Source: Yuukianura sp. NJ FZ-2021 (taxonomy: Eukaryota). Taken from it: DNA of 64,000 nucleotides. Location of the stretch: NCBI GenBank assembly GCA_046563655.1, contig CM102286.1:8928001-8992000 (forward strand). The letters run 5' to 3'. Shown here one piece after another: positions 62,938-64,000 of this stretch (position 1 is its first letter; each line of letters starts with the position of its first letter). A model generated the notes under the pieces. The model did no database searches. It was not told the DNA's origin and worked only from the letters and a program-made list of their open reading frames with translations. Both the position numbers and the translations under genes were made by a program.

Positions 62938-63280
62938 TTATTTGAATGGAGTACAACATTGATTAAGGTTAGATGAGGAAGGAAGAGAATTTTTGGAGAG
63001 TCTCCTAAGCTTTTTTCTTACAAATTGTCTAACTAGCCTATCATTTCTTTTGGAGTTGGAGTTGAAGTTGCAGTAGATGGACATGAGACAGCAAGTATGA
63101 TAAAGTTTGTAGAAAAAATAGATTGCATATTCTCCACACACTTGAGAGTTTGGACTTTGAAGAGTCCGGATGTTTTCCACAATTGAAGTCTGGTGCCGAG
63201 ATGCAAAGTTGGAAAAGGCCTTGTCGTAAAACTCTACTCCCAACCAACCCATACGAGTCGATGAATTTGAGAGGAGCCTT
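62938..63280 (-). pseudogene. Adenain-like (peptidase C5 type) cysteine protease remnant, typical of Polintons
   Basis: Removing a 4-nt duplication (CAAC x2, 63241-63248) restores KFIDSYGLGVEFY...ENIRTLQSPNSQVCGEYAIYFF, i.e. the FxDSYG, LQ and CG motifs. The upstream His motif is missing. The stop overlaps AATAAA. Confidence 0.8.
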
Positions 63281-63282
63281 GG

Positions 63283-63435
63283 AATTTTAGGTTAGGTTAG
63301 GTTAGCTAACCTAGGTTAGCTAACTTAAACTTAACCTAGCTAGCTTAACTAGCTTAACTAGCTTAGCTACCTAGCTAGCTAACTTAACCTAGGTTAGCTT
63401 AGGTCAGCTAACCTAACCTTACCTAACCTAAAATT
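63283..63435. repeat. Head-to-head (TTAGG)n...(CCTAA)n low-complexity palindrome
   Basis: Starts AATTTTAGGTTAGGTTAGGTTAGC and ends GCTAACCTAACCTTACCTAACCTAAAATT, with a TAGC/TAAC-rich middle. Confidence 0.85.
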
Positions 63436-63763
63436 TACTAGAACTTAAGCCAGACAATTTTCTCCTCCCAACAAGTGTAATGGTTCCAGGTTTATGAACA
63501 ACTGAACTCAGTTTCGTTTTTTGTTGCTCTTATGTGTTATAATAAAAATTACACCCTACCCTCCCCTCAAAAGTTTCCTCACAAGTGAAGAGTGGGTGGA
63601 AGTGAACTCTTCCTCGTATACTCTTCTCCACTGAGAGAAAGAATGAGATCATCATTTTCTCATGCACCCTGAAAAGTTGACTTTCGAAAAGTAGGTCATG
63701 TTTACATATCTTGACCTACAGGTCAAGTTTGTTTTTACTAGTAGTCATGCGATGATAACTACT
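63429..63763 (-). repeat. Right terminal inverted repeat (~335 bp)
   Basis: Reverse complement of 54826-55153. Confidence 0.95.
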
Positions 63764-64000
63764 TACAGTAAAACTTTTAGCTTCTGAAAATCGAAACTTC
63801 ACAAAATTTCAGAAGACACACGATACTTTGAAAACAAGATGAGTTAGAAGTGTTTGGTTGTAGAATCGGACTCTTCGAAAAAATCAGGTTGATTTCCTTT
63901 TTCTTTTTTTGTCGAATTAGTTGGAGGGATAAAAGTTGGATTTGGAATCTGGAACTTTGGAATTTTGAAAAGAAAGTCTGGAAGGAAAGAATAAGTTTAA

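Larger units (their letters stand above)
54826..63763. mobile_element. Non-autonomous Polinton/Maverick-derived element (~8.9 kb)
   Basis: Long imperfect TIRs (54826-55153 and 63429-63763) beginning AGTAGTTATCATCGCATGACTACTAG and ending ...GATGATAACTACT. TACA flanks both ends. An adenain-like protease remnant lies inside. No integrase, ATPase, capsid or polymerase core recognised. Confidence 0.8.

Overview
AT-rich animal genomic DNA with spliceosomal introns, probably arthropod (inferred from gene content and TTAGG/CCTAA motifs). (1) 1-10.9 kb is a nest of transposons: the 5' half of a BEL/Pao LTR retrotransposon, a non-autonomous hAT element, a deleted PIF/Harbinger element that keeps an intact spliced Myb/SANT gene and hosts a Helentron-like minisatellite element and a pogo-like MITE, and a Harbinger MITE with its own nested insert. 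(2) 12.3-47.6 kb is a 10-exon gene for a five-Ig-domain cell-surface protein, with one apparent +1 frameshift. An intact, very recent BEL/Pao element (40818-47126; LTRs look identical; 5-bp TSD) lies in its last intron. (3) 50.6-52.6 kb is a spliced trypsin-like protease gene. (4) 54826-63763 is the most unusual object. It is an ~8.9-kb element with ~330-bp AGTAGT-terminated inverted repeats and a remnant adenain-like protease, which points to a non-autonomous Polinton/Maverick derivative. Its core is a spliced triple-C2H2 gene starting inside the TIR, ~7.5 tandem copies of an 864-bp 'acceptor + exon + stop + AATAAA' cassette, and a head-to-head TTAGG/CCTAA palindrome. All family assignments come from motif recognition by eye; no searches were run.
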